Assembly: GCA_964607795.1 (NCBI GenBank)
Contig: CAZSLA010000001.1
Coordinates: 1 to 61,529, forward strand
Origin: an uncultured Gammaproteobacteria bacterium
GTDB taxonomy: Bacteria > Patescibacteriota > Microgenomatia > UBA8517
DNA: 61,529 nt
Reading direction: 5' to 3'
Shown here: positions 39,511 through 48,349 of the stretch, in pieces
Numbering within the stretch: the stretch's first letter is position 1
Layout: each line of letters begins with the position of its first letter
Position numbers and translations under genes: made by a program
Notes under the pieces: generated by a model
What the model saw: the letters and a program-made list of their open reading frames with translations, nothing else
Told to the model about the DNA's origin: nothing
Database searches by the model: none

Positions 39511-40146
39511 ATGGACTGGCAAGGCGTTGTGTTTAGGCACCGCATACAGATAGTCTTAGCCCTTATGGGTGCAATTTTAAGCGGCTTGGGGATTTATCTT
39601 TTGTTTTCTTCTTTGCATAATGAGCCCGCAATCCAGGTGATTGATGAAGCTGCCAATTTTCACGAGGGCAAAGTAATTGTCCAGGTAACTGGAGCTGTGA
39701 ACTCGGGCGGGGTATTTGAAATGGATGCCAATGCACGTGTGGTGGATGCCATTGACAAGGCCGGAGGGCTTTCGGAGGAAGCAAATACCGATTGGGTGGA
39801 TCAGGTGTTAAACATGGCAAGCAAATTAACCGATGGCCAAAAGATTTATATTCCCAAAATCGATGAGCAGTCAGATGCTTTAAGTGCTAATAATTCTTAC
39901 GGGGGGTACGACACTTTGGGGGAGACTTCAGATGCCGATCCATTGAGCATAGGATCAGGTTCCCAGCTTACAAATATTAATACCGCAAGCCAGTCGGAGC
40001 TAGAGAAATTGTGGGGAATTGGCCCTGTTACTGCTCAAAATATCATTGAACAAAGGCCTTACTCAAATATTAATGAGCTTTTAGAGAAAAAGATTTTGAA
40101 AGCAAATGTCTTTGAAAGAAACGAAGATCTCCTGACCGTTTACTGA
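39511..40146 (+). CDS. comEA: competence protein ComEA (SLBB + helix-hairpin-helix)
   Basis: N-terminal TM, C-terminal INTASQSELEKLWGIGPVTAQNIIEQRPY HhH motif. Confidence 0.85.
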   Translation: MDWQGVVFRHRIQIVLALMGAILSGLGIYLLFSSLHNEPAIQVIDEAANFHEGKVIVQVTGAVNSGGVFEMDANARVVDAIDKAGGLSEEANTDWVDQVLNMASKLTDGQKIYIPKIDEQSDALSANNSYGGYDTLGETSDADPLSIGSGSQLTNINTASQSELEKLWGIGPVTAQNIIEQRPYSNINELLEKKILKANVFERNEDLLTVY

Positions 40147-40147
40147 C

Positions 40148-41221
40148 ATGAAGACACTTTGGCTAATCCTGGCTTTGATTTTGGCTTACAGCCTGTTGAA
40201 AGTCCAAACCCGACAAAATTATTTACAAGGTCTGGAGGGCAAAAGGCTGGCTTTGGCCGGACGCGTTGGCTCGGAGCCCATTTTTTATGAGAATGCTCAA
40301 AGTCTAAAAATCCATGGCATTTCGATAAATTTACCAAGGTACCCGGAAGTGAGCTACGGGGATCGGGTGACAATTGAGGGAGTTTACTCCCAGGGAAAAT
40401 TAAACGATGCTGCAATTATCGCCCATACACCTACTAATGGGCTTATTTTTAAGCTTCGAAATAGGCTGATTAGTTTTTACAAACAGGCTTTGCCCGAGCC
40501 GCATGCAAGCCTGGTGGCGGGCATTGTTATGGGCAGCAAAAAAGATATACCCAATAGCTTTTGGCAGGATCTTAAAAAAACCGGCACACTGCATGTAGTG
40601 GTGGCATCCGGCATGAATGTAACTTTGGTTGCGGGCTTTTTAATGGAAGCCTTGGTACAGGTGATGAACCGCAGGCGAGCGGTGATAATTGCCGTTTGCG
40701 GTATTTGGCTGTATGCGCTTTTAAGTGGCTTTGAGGCTCCAATTGTCCGAGCCTCGATCATGGGGAGCATCGTTTTTTCAGCACAAAAGTTGGGGCGAGT
40801 GTATGACGCGTGGCGGGGACTAATGCTTTCCGTCATCCTTATGCTTTTATTTAAGCCTTTGTATATTTCTGATCTGGGCTTTCAGCTTTCGGTTTTGGCA
40901 ACCGCATCTCTGATAAAGTTTGGAGTAGTATTTAACCGTTTATTATACTTTGTTCCTGGCATTTTTCGCGAAGGTCTGGCTACTTCTTTGGCTGCCCAGG
41001 TGGGTGTGGCGCCGCTTTTGTTTATTACCTTTGGCGATCTTAACCCATTTTCGCCCTTTATCAATGCCCTGGTTTTGTGGACTATCCCGTACATCACCAT
41101 CTTGGGCATGCTTGCCGGCATTTTGGCTTTGATGGCTACCGGGCCGGCGGGGCTTGTTTTATCTTTAGTGTATCCTTTGACATTTGTTTTTGTTAAGGTA
41201 GTGATTGGGGCTTCTTTTTAA
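40148..41221 (+). CDS. comEC: ComEC/Rec2 membrane channel part (split gene, N-terminal portion)
   Basis: OB-like N-region then competence domain HASLVAGIVMG....TGTLHVVVASGMNV and multiple TM helices. Confidence 0.8.
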   Translation: MKTLWLILALILAYSLLKVQTRQNYLQGLEGKRLALAGRVGSEPIFYENAQSLKIHGISINLPRYPEVSYGDRVTIEGVYSQGKLNDAAIIAHTPTNGLIFKLRNRLISFYKQALPEPHASLVAGIVMGSKKDIPNSFWQDLKKTGTLHVVVASGMNVTLVAGFLMEALVQVMNRRRAVIIAVCGIWLYALLSGFEAPIVRASIMGSIVFSAQKLGRVYDAWRGLMLSVILMLLFKPLYISDLGFQLSVLATASLIKFGVVFNRLLYFVPGIFREGLATSLAAQVGVAPLLFITFGDLNPFSPFINALVLWTIPYITILGMLAGILALMATGPAGLVLSLVYPLTFVFVKVVIGASF

Positions 41222-42061
41222 ATGAATAAAAAGCTGCTAACTTTTTTGACTCTAGTCATTAGTCTTTTGTTTTTGGTTATTTTTTCCTGGCCTGACGACA
41301 GGCTTCATATCGTGGCCTGCGACGTGGGCCAGGGTGATGCCTTTTTGCTGATGCATAAACAAGCTCAGGTTTTGGTAGATAGCGGGCCGGGTTCCAAGGT
41401 GTTGGACTGTCTCACAAGATACATGCCTTTTTGGGACAGGACGCTTGAGCTTGTAGTTTTGACCCACGCGCAAAAGGACCACTACGGCGGGATGGATGCT
41501 GTACTTGAGCGCTATCAAGTGCAAGCACTTGTGGCTTCGAGCTTGGGTTCTAGCAGTGAGGAATACCAAGTGATAGAAAAGATGGTGGGGGATCTGGGCA
41601 TCCAGGTTATCCGGCCATTTGCCGGCAGGAAGGTGCGAGTAGGTTTGATATCTTTAGATATCTTGTGGCCGAGCCATGAAGCATTGGCATCACTTGATGT
41701 CAATGATGACCCCAATAATTTTTCCGTAGTTTTTGAACTTCAATATAAGGATTTTGAGGCTTTGTTTACCGGCGATATTGGCCCGGAGACAGAAGGCAAA
41801 ATCCTTGCTCTGGGCAAAGTGAGGGACGTTGAGCTTATAAAAGTACCGCACCATGGAAGTAGGAATGGGCTTAGCAAAGCGTTTTTACAGGCGGCGCGCC
41901 CGGAGGTGGCATTTATAGGCGTGGGAAAAAATTCCTGGGGCCACCCGCACAGGGAAGTACTGGACATGCTTGGCGAACATGGTGCCCAAATATATCGCAC
42001 AGATGTGAATTCCTATTTTGAACTTGTTACCGATGGTAGGGTTTGGAAGGTAATTGATTGA
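41222..42061 (+). CDS. ComEC-type metallo-beta-lactamase domain protein (split gene, C-terminal portion)
   Basis: VACDVGQGDAFLL, VLTHAQKDHYGG, KVPHHGS motifs; starts 1 nt after the stop of the channel part. Confidence 0.8.
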   Translation: MNKKLLTFLTLVISLLFLVIFSWPDDRLHIVACDVGQGDAFLLMHKQAQVLVDSGPGSKVLDCLTRYMPFWDRTLELVVLTHAQKDHYGGMDAVLERYQVQALVASSLGSSSEEYQVIEKMVGDLGIQVIRPFAGRKVRVGLISLDILWPSHEALASLDVNDDPNNFSVVFELQYKDFEALFTGDIGPETEGKILALGKVRDVELIKVPHHGSRNGLSKAFLQAARPEVAFIGVGKNSWGHPHREVLDMLGEHGAQIYRTDVNSYFELVTDGRVWKVID

Positions 42062-42132
42062 CTATAGGACAATATTTTGCTATCATTCGCTCATTCCCGT
42101 TAGCTCGTTTCAAATTCAAAAAGGAGAGTCAA

Positions 42133-43146
42133 ATGAACGCACTCCCCAAGCTCAAGTCCAATACGGCAGAGCTGGTTTTTGATGTTTCGTGTTGGCTTTT
42201 TGTTTTCCTGGCAGCCGTGTCTTTCTGGTGGCTGGGGGTCTGGAAGAACGGTCACACAGCACTTTTGGGATTGGTGGTGTTTTTGTTCGTCATTCGCTCG
42301 GGCGTCTTTGCCTTTGCCGAGCCATCCCGCAGTCGGCGCGAGGTGATATTGATTATGGTGCCATATATCGCCATTGTGCCCGTGACATTCGTCCGTTTGT
42401 ATGAGTACCCACCTATGGCCTGGGTGCTTTTGGGGTTTTTGAACTTCTGGTTTTTCCTTTTGATTGTCTACGATTTTGTGGACATGAGAAAGTCCCAGGG
42501 GTCGGACGCATCAGTCGAACCGCCGAGCACAATCCAAGCGCCTGAACCCACCTTGACTTCGGTTCAGCACTCTCTATCTAAAGAAAGCACGAGGGGAGGT
42601 TACTCGGGTGGAGCTGGGGCAGATGGTTTAAGGCTAGAAATTCCCAAGCTGCAACAGGCTGATACCCAGGATGGGGTGGCAGTTGTACCTGGGGAGTCCC
42701 AGATTGAGCCGCCGCCGCAGAGGGATGCTGCGTGGTTTTGCAAAACTCTGACAACTCTGAAAATGAACCTCAATCAACGCGTGCAGAGCAGTTATGCAGA
42801 TCTGCGCGTTGAGCTTGAGGTTCACTTCCTAAAAACCAATCTGGACCGCGAAGTCCTCGAGAGGCATAATGTTCCAGCAGAGCTTGTAGATGCTATTGAC
42901 AAAGGCGACTATAAAGCTCTTTTGAAGCTTCTTCGAAGCCGTTCAATAATGAACGAAGTTCTACTCAATGACCTTGCTCAGGCTTTGGCCGAGGGCTGCA
43001 AGCCCCAGGAGCCTGAGATTCAGACGAGGAGGAGAAATCATGAACCAGAGAGAGATCAACAACAGGGATCCTTTAATCAGATTGTTTCAGGTTCTGATTT
43101 GGATCCCGGCGTTGATAACGGGGATTATATGTCTCTTGTTCCGTGA
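42133..43146 (+). CDS. hypothetical membrane protein (GC-rich island)
   Basis: AAGGAG at 42121-42126 before ATG 42133; four hydrophobic segments then acidic/Pro-rich tail. Confidence 0.55.
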   Translation: MNALPKLKSNTAELVFDVSCWLFVFLAAVSFWWLGVWKNGHTALLGLVVFLFVIRSGVFAFAEPSRSRREVILIMVPYIAIVPVTFVRLYEYPPMAWVLLGFLNFWFFLLIVYDFVDMRKSQGSDASVEPPSTIQAPEPTLTSVQHSLSKESTRGGYSGGAGADGLRLEIPKLQQADTQDGVAVVPGESQIEPPPQRDAAWFCKTLTTLKMNLNQRVQSSYADLRVELEVHFLKTNLDREVLERHNVPAELVDAIDKGDYKALLKLLRSRSIMNEVLLNDLAQALAEGCKPQEPEIQTRRRNHEPERDQQQGSFNQIVSGSDLDPGVDNGDYMSLVP

Positions 43147-43552
43147 TCCAAAGATGTACAACTATGCTTCCGCATTTACAAGCGGTGCGTTTTTCTTGCA
43201 TCTTACCTCGTTTCTTTTTGAGCGTTCTGCTCAGAAGGTAGAGATGCTCTTGATTACACTTGGTTTTGTTGCTAGCGGACTTGTCCCTGTTAAGACGCGC
43301 AGCTGGCACGACCTGACGGTGATCGATCCCTATGCCTCAACGGCTGTCATGCTCGCGACCGCAATCGTCGCTGTTGCATATAATGCGGTTGTTGAGAACA
43401 TTGAATGCTGTGTCGAGTCCTTGCGCGGGCGCTTGGCAAAGATTTTGAGGCCAAGCTTTAGGCTTCCGTCTCTGGGTAAGCCCGCATTGAATTTGCATTT
43501 GCGGCGTACAAAGGCGGAGCCTAGGCAGGCAATCGAAGAAAGACCTTCGTAG
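43040..43552 (+). CDS. hypothetical membrane protein (GC-rich island), overlaps the previous ORF by 107 nt
   Basis: GAGGAGG just upstream of ATG 43040; several TM segments. Confidence 0.5.
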   Translation: MNQREINNRDPLIRLFQVLIWIPALITGIICLLFRDPKMYNYASAFTSGAFFLHLTSFLFERSAQKVEMLLITLGFVASGLVPVKTRSWHDLTVIDPYASTAVMLATAIVAVAYNAVVENIECCVESLRGRLAKILRPSFRLPSLGKPALNLHLRRTKAEPRQAIEERPS

Positions 43553-43655
43553 ATCCTGCAAACGGGCATGCCCTACAAATCCAATTCATCAGAATTCTTG
43601 ATGGAGGGGAGGCGTAGGGCATTTTTGTGCTAAAATTGGAAGTAATATTGCTCAC

Positions 43656-43727
43656 GCCCTTGTAGTTTAATGGACAAAACAGCGGTTTCCGGAACCGTAG
43701 CTGGAGGTTCGATTCCTCCCAGGGGCA
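43656..43727 (+). tRNA. tRNA-Arg (anticodon CCG), no encoded CCA
   Basis: Acceptor GCCCTTG/CAGGGGC, anticodon arm GCGGT-TTCCGGA-ACCGT, T-arm GGAGG-TTCGATT-CCTCC. Confidence 0.88.
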
Positions 43728-43729
43728 CA

Positions 43730-44042
43730 ACGATTATAAGCACGAAACCAAATTATGCATTTATAGATAGCCAGAACTTGAATCTTGGTGTAAAAAGCCA
43801 GGGCAAGAAAACCTATTTGTTTATCGGATATGTTCATGGCAATCAAGCTCTTTATACGTATTTACAAAGTAAAAATTAAAGGTAATGTGGATGCTGAGCT
43901 AGTTTTGCGCACGATGATCGAATACAAAAATTATGATAAGGCCATAATAGCATCGGGGGATGGAGATTTTCATTGCCTAATTGAATGTTTGGAAAGTAAG
44001 GGTAAACCTTACAAGATTATTGCTCCAAAAGGAAAAGCTTAA
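43730..44042 (+). pseudogene. decayed NYN/LabA-like (DUF88) nuclease-domain gene
   Basis: NYAFIDSQNLNLG in one frame and KGNVDAELVL...IIASGDGDFHCLIE in another; no start codon, internal deletion and frameshift. Confidence 0.6.
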
Positions 44043-44148
44043 AGTGAAATCCGAGAAATAAAAAGAGAGGCATTTCCGCGGGGAACAAGGTCCGCCTTTG
44101 GTAGTCCTCTCATTTCATTGTGATACGCTATTATAATATATTTATTTT

Positions 44149-45840
44149 ATGTACCAAGAATTAATTACAGAAGCAATCAAAGAAGTAGTTGCAAGCTTGG
44201 GTTTGGAGGTGTCTGAAATCAAGCTCCATAAGCCAGTGGTGGAGGCATATGGCGATTATGCCACGAGTGTTGCCCTCAAGTTTCCCAACTCAAAAGTAGT
44301 TGCAGATAAAATATATCAAATTATAAAACAAGATGATAAACTACAAAATATAGTATCAGAAATTCAGGTTGTTGGGCCGGGATTCATCAACTTCACCCTG
44401 GCCCAAAGTGCCCTTTTGGAGAATGTTTCTTTTGTCCTTAACCAAAAAGATGACTTTGGAAAAAGTAAATTGGGAAATGACCAGACTGTAGTGATTGATT
44501 ATTCCTCGCCCAATATCGCCAAGCGCTTTTCTGTCGGGCATTTGCGTTCAACCACGATCGGCAGTGCCCTCAGTAATCTATATGCCGCTTTGGGTTATAA
44601 AGTCATTGGTGACAATCACCTGGGGGATTGGGGTACGCAGTTCGGCATGATTTTGGCGGCGGTCAAAAAAAATAATTTAGACATCAAACATCTCTCGGTT
44701 GATGATCTGGAAAAGCTTTATGTGGATTATGCTGTCGAAGCCAAAAAGGATGAGAGTATGCGCGAAGAGGCAAAGGCCTGGTTTAAAAAATTGGAAGCCG
44801 GAGATGGGGAAGCGCGGGCTATGTGGCAAAGCGCGGTGGAGATTTCAATGGTCGAATTTGAGCGGATCTATAGGCTGTTGGGAGTACAAATAGGCCATAA
44901 ATTCGGAGAGAGCTTCTATGAGGATAAAATGGCCTCAGTTATTGCCGAGGCCAAAGCAAAGAGCTTGGCTTACGAAAGTAAAGGGGCCTTGATCATGGAT
45001 TTGCCCAATATGTCGCCGGCCATGCTTTTAAAGTCCGACGGTGCGACCACTTATTTTACCCGCGACCTAGCAACAGTTAAGTATAGACTTGAGGCTTTTG
45101 AGCCAAAGCTCATCATCTACGAAGTCGGAGCCGAGCAAACGCTATACTTCCGGCAGGTCTTTGCCGCAAGCAAAAAGCTGGGCTGGACACAGGGGGTTGA
45201 CTTGGTACATGTGGCCCACGGCCTTTTTCTTCTGAGCGGCAAAAAGATGTCGACGCGTGAAGGTACGACGATCAAACTTGAGGAACTTTTGCAAAAAGCT
45301 ACTCAAAAAGCGCGTATGCTCATAGACGGGGCGCAAGTAGGCAAAGACATGACCGAGGATGAGAAAAATAAAATCAGTGAGCTAGTCGGCATAGGAGCCA
45401 TTAAATATTTTGACCTCAAACACGCGCCCACAAGTGATATCAACTTTGTCTGGGAGGAGGCCCTGAGCATGGATGGTAATAGCGGACCCTATGTCCAATA
45501 CGCCGCCGTGCGGGCAAATTCTGTGCTTGAGAAAAACGGATCTCCAGCCTTTGACTCGCAATTTGCACACAAATTTCAGGGCAGGGCGCTTGCGGCCGAG
45601 GAGCTTGCCATCCTTAGAGCCCTCGTCCACTTTCCTGAAATTCTTTCAAGCGCGGCCTTTGGCTTTGCCCCGAATTTTCTTGCCAATTATCTATACGCTT
45701 TGGCGCAAAATTTTAATACTTTTTATGCAGCCTTGAAAATTGGAGATGATGAGTTTCGTCTTGCATTGACCGCGGCGGCTTCTCAGGTTTTACAAAACGG
45801 GCTTCGTGTTCTTAACATCCGTGTGCCGGGAAAAATGTAG
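44149..45840 (+). CDS. argS: arginyl-tRNA synthetase
   Basis: SSPNIAKRFSVGHLRS (HIGH-type), GDWGTQFG, KMSTREG, anticodon-binding C-terminus. Confidence 0.93.
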   Translation: MYQELITEAIKEVVASLGLEVSEIKLHKPVVEAYGDYATSVALKFPNSKVVADKIYQIIKQDDKLQNIVSEIQVVGPGFINFTLAQSALLENVSFVLNQKDDFGKSKLGNDQTVVIDYSSPNIAKRFSVGHLRSTTIGSALSNLYAALGYKVIGDNHLGDWGTQFGMILAAVKKNNLDIKHLSVDDLEKLYVDYAVEAKKDESMREEAKAWFKKLEAGDGEARAMWQSAVEISMVEFERIYRLLGVQIGHKFGESFYEDKMASVIAEAKAKSLAYESKGALIMDLPNMSPAMLLKSDGATTYFTRDLATVKYRLEAFEPKLIIYEVGAEQTLYFRQVFAASKKLGWTQGVDLVHVAHGLFLLSGKKMSTREGTTIKLEELLQKATQKARMLIDGAQVGKDMTEDEKNKISELVGIGAIKYFDLKHAPTSDINFVWEEALSMDGNSGPYVQYAAVRANSVLEKNGSPAFDSQFAHKFQGRALAAEELAILRALVHFPEILSSAAFGFAPNFLANYLYALAQNFNTFYAALKIGDDEFRLALTAAASQVLQNGLRVLNIRVPGKM

Positions 45841-45849
45841 TGCCTTTCT

Positions 45850-46446
45850 TTAAAGTAAGCTGTTGGCAATGGAAAAGTATATGGTGACGGACACCAAGTC
45901 TTGGATGATGGTTGCGATCGGGCCGCTGGCATTGGCCGGGTCAAGCCTGATTTTTCTAAAGAGATAGGGGACAATGAGCCCGGAAAAAAGGGAAGAAACA
46001 ATTGCGCAAAATAGCGAAAGCCCGAGAACTAAAGCTATACTAAGCTTGTTATTGTTGATTGCTAAATATAAAAAAAGAGTTAAGGCAAGAATTGTGGAGA
46101 TGAGGGTGACAACAATTAGTTGTCTGATAAAGTAATTTAGAAATTTTACGCGGTGGAGGGCCATGTCGCGGATTACAAAAGTTTCCATTTGCGTGCCTAC
46201 AGCGTCGCTGATGTAAACAATCAAAGGAATGAAAGTGGCCAGGATTAGATTTTCTGAGAGCACTGCTTCGGAATTTTTTACTATTTTGGAGGCAATAATA
46301 CCCCCTATGAGGCCTACGATTAACCAAGGCAAGCGGTGGTAGATGGATTTATAAATCGGAAGCTTGAGGACATTGTCGATATTTTCGGCCCTCTGTTTTT
46401 TATGGTGCATAAATAAATGTAACACATTTGCTATACTAAGTTTCAT
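45850..46446 (-). CDS. MgtE-type divalent cation transporter, membrane domain only
   Basis: Five TM segments with DAVGTQ and PANASGPIATIIQD motifs of the MgtE channel domain; real start probably an internal Met. Confidence 0.65.
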   Translation of the reverse strand: MKLSIANVLHLFMHHKKQRAENIDNVLKLPIYKSIYHRLPWLIVGLIGGIIASKIVKNSEAVLSENLILATFIPLIVYISDAVGTQMETFVIRDMALHRVKFLNYFIRQLIVVTLISTILALTLFLYLAINNNKLSIALVLGLSLFCAIVSSLFSGLIVPYLFRKIRLDPANASGPIATIIQDLVSVTIYFSIANSLL

Positions 46447-47740
46447 GCATTACCAAAAGTACACGCTAACTAATGGCCTGCGCGTAATTATCATCCCCAT
46501 GCCTGCTGTAGCATCCGCTACAGTCACCATCTGGGCAAATGTAGGAAGCAGCATCGAGCCCAGGAGTAAGGCCGGTATTGCCCATTTTTTTGAGCATATT
46601 GTTTTTAAAGGGAGTATTAAGCACCCCAGTGCTAAAGCAATTTCCGAGGCAGTTGATAATTTCGGCGGCGAGCAAAACGCTTTCACCGGTAAAGAAATGA
46701 CGGGTTTTTACATCAAAGCTCCCGTTTCTAGATTTGATGATGCGGTGGACATTTTAAGCGATATGGTCTTTAATCCCCTGATCCCCAAAGCAGAAGTGTC
46801 CAGGGAAAAGGGAGTGATCAAGGCGGAGCTGGACATGTATCGTGATACCCCGGTGCAGCATATTTATAATATTTACGAGGAAGAGGTGTTTAAAGCTACG
46901 CCCCTAGAACACACAGTCATTGGTACAAAAGAGACAATTGATACAGTCGTGCGCCAGGATTTCTTGCAGTATCAGAGAAATTTCTATGTGCCCAAAAATA
47001 TGCTGGTTACGATCGCGGGAGGGGTAGAGGCTAAACATGCAAAGAGATTGGCGGCTAGATATTTGACACTAGAGCCGAAAAAAGGCAAGGAGAAAATCCA
47101 AAAATCTAATGTCTATCATCTAAAATCTAGCAGTCCTCGTATTCGCATCGAATACAAAAAAACGGATCAGGCACATATGCTTTTGGGTTTTCGCGGTATC
47201 GGCTTAAAAGACAAAAAAATGCGTTTTGCCGAAGACGTCCTGCGGGCAATTCTGGGCGGCGGCATGAGCAGCCGAATGTTCACTGAGGTGCGCGAGCGCC
47301 GTGGCCTGGCATATGCCGTAAAAACCAGCAATTTTAATTATATCCATACCGGCTCTTTCCAAACGTATGCCGGTGTAGAGCCGGGTAAAGCCGTAGAGGC
47401 TTTGAAGGTGATTTTGGCTGAATACACAAAAATGACCGATATTAAAGCCGCAAAAATTACGACCGAAGAGCTGATAAAGGCAAAAGAATTTTTAAAAGGC
47501 CATCTTGCACTGTCCCTGGAGGATACAAGTGAAGTGGGGGAAATCTATGGCGTGAATGAGCTTCTCATTGGCGAGATTATCACTCCAGAAGATATGATAA
47601 AGGCGATAGACAAGGTAAGCCTGGAGGATGTGATTGCTGTAGCAAAGCACCATTTTAAGTCCCAAAGGATGTCTTTGGCAGTCATCGGGCCGTATAAATC
47701 TGAGGCTCCTTTTTCATCTTTAATTTACAATTTCCATTAA
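46445..47740 (+). CDS. M16-family zinc peptidase (pitrilysin-like)
   Basis: HFFEHIVFKG (HxxEH) motif near the N-terminus; start moved to ATG 46445. Confidence 0.88.
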   Translation: MHYQKYTLTNGLRVIIIPMPAVASATVTIWANVGSSIEPRSKAGIAHFFEHIVFKGSIKHPSAKAISEAVDNFGGEQNAFTGKEMTGFYIKAPVSRFDDAVDILSDMVFNPLIPKAEVSREKGVIKAELDMYRDTPVQHIYNIYEEEVFKATPLEHTVIGTKETIDTVVRQDFLQYQRNFYVPKNMLVTIAGGVEAKHAKRLAARYLTLEPKKGKEKIQKSNVYHLKSSSPRIRIEYKKTDQAHMLLGFRGIGLKDKKMRFAEDVLRAILGGGMSSRMFTEVRERRGLAYAVKTSNFNYIHTGSFQTYAGVEPGKAVEALKVILAEYTKMTDIKAAKITTEELIKAKEFLKGHLALSLEDTSEVGEIYGVNELLIGEIITPEDMIKAIDKVSLEDVIAVAKHHFKSQRMSLAVIGPYKSEAPFSSLIYNFH

Positions 47741-47760
47741 TCAAGTTACAATTACTACAA

Positions 47761-48327
47761 ATGAAAAACGAAATCACTGAAGAATACACGGTAGTTTTGA
47801 TCAAGCCGGATGGTGTAAAACGCGGCATCATCGGTGATGTGATTTCGCGCTTTGAAAGGGTGGGGCTTAAGCTTTCGGCGGCAAAGCTCATCTGGGTAGA
47901 TGAGATAACCGTGGGTAAGCACTATGTGAATGATAAAGCCTATCTCAAGACTGTGGGTGAAAAAACCTTAGAAAATTATAAAAAGTACGGGCTGGACGTT
48001 CGCGAAAATTTGGGCACCAGGGATCCTATCAAAATCGGCAAAATGATCCGGAAATGGAACATGGAGTTTTTAAGTAGTGGCCCTGTATTTGCCATGCTTT
48101 GGGTGGGGTCAGGGGCCATATCATTGGTACGCAAAATGGTGGGTCACACTTTTCCCTCTGAGGCTTTGCCTGGTACCATCCGTGGGGATTATAGCCTGGA
48201 GTCTGCCCATATAGCCAATATGCTTAAGCGTCCAGCTAGAAATATCGTCCATGCTTCGGGCAATGAAAAAGAAGCTCAGTTTGAACGTAAACTTTGGTTT
48301 AGGGAAAAGGAAATATATAATTATTGA
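47761..48327 (+). CDS. ndk: nucleoside-diphosphate kinase with an internal ~35-aa insertion
   Basis: VVLIKPDGV, SGPVFAML, GTIRGDY, NIVHASG (catalytic His) motifs; 188 aa versus the usual ~140-150. Confidence 0.8.
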   Translation: MKNEITEEYTVVLIKPDGVKRGIIGDVISRFERVGLKLSAAKLIWVDEITVGKHYVNDKAYLKTVGEKTLENYKKYGLDVRENLGTRDPIKIGKMIRKWNMEFLSSGPVFAMLWVGSGAISLVRKMVGHTFPSEALPGTIRGDYSLESAHIANMLKRPARNIVHASGNEKEAQFERKLWFREKEIYNY

Positions 48328-48349
48328 TTATCCATGTATACTTAAGTTA

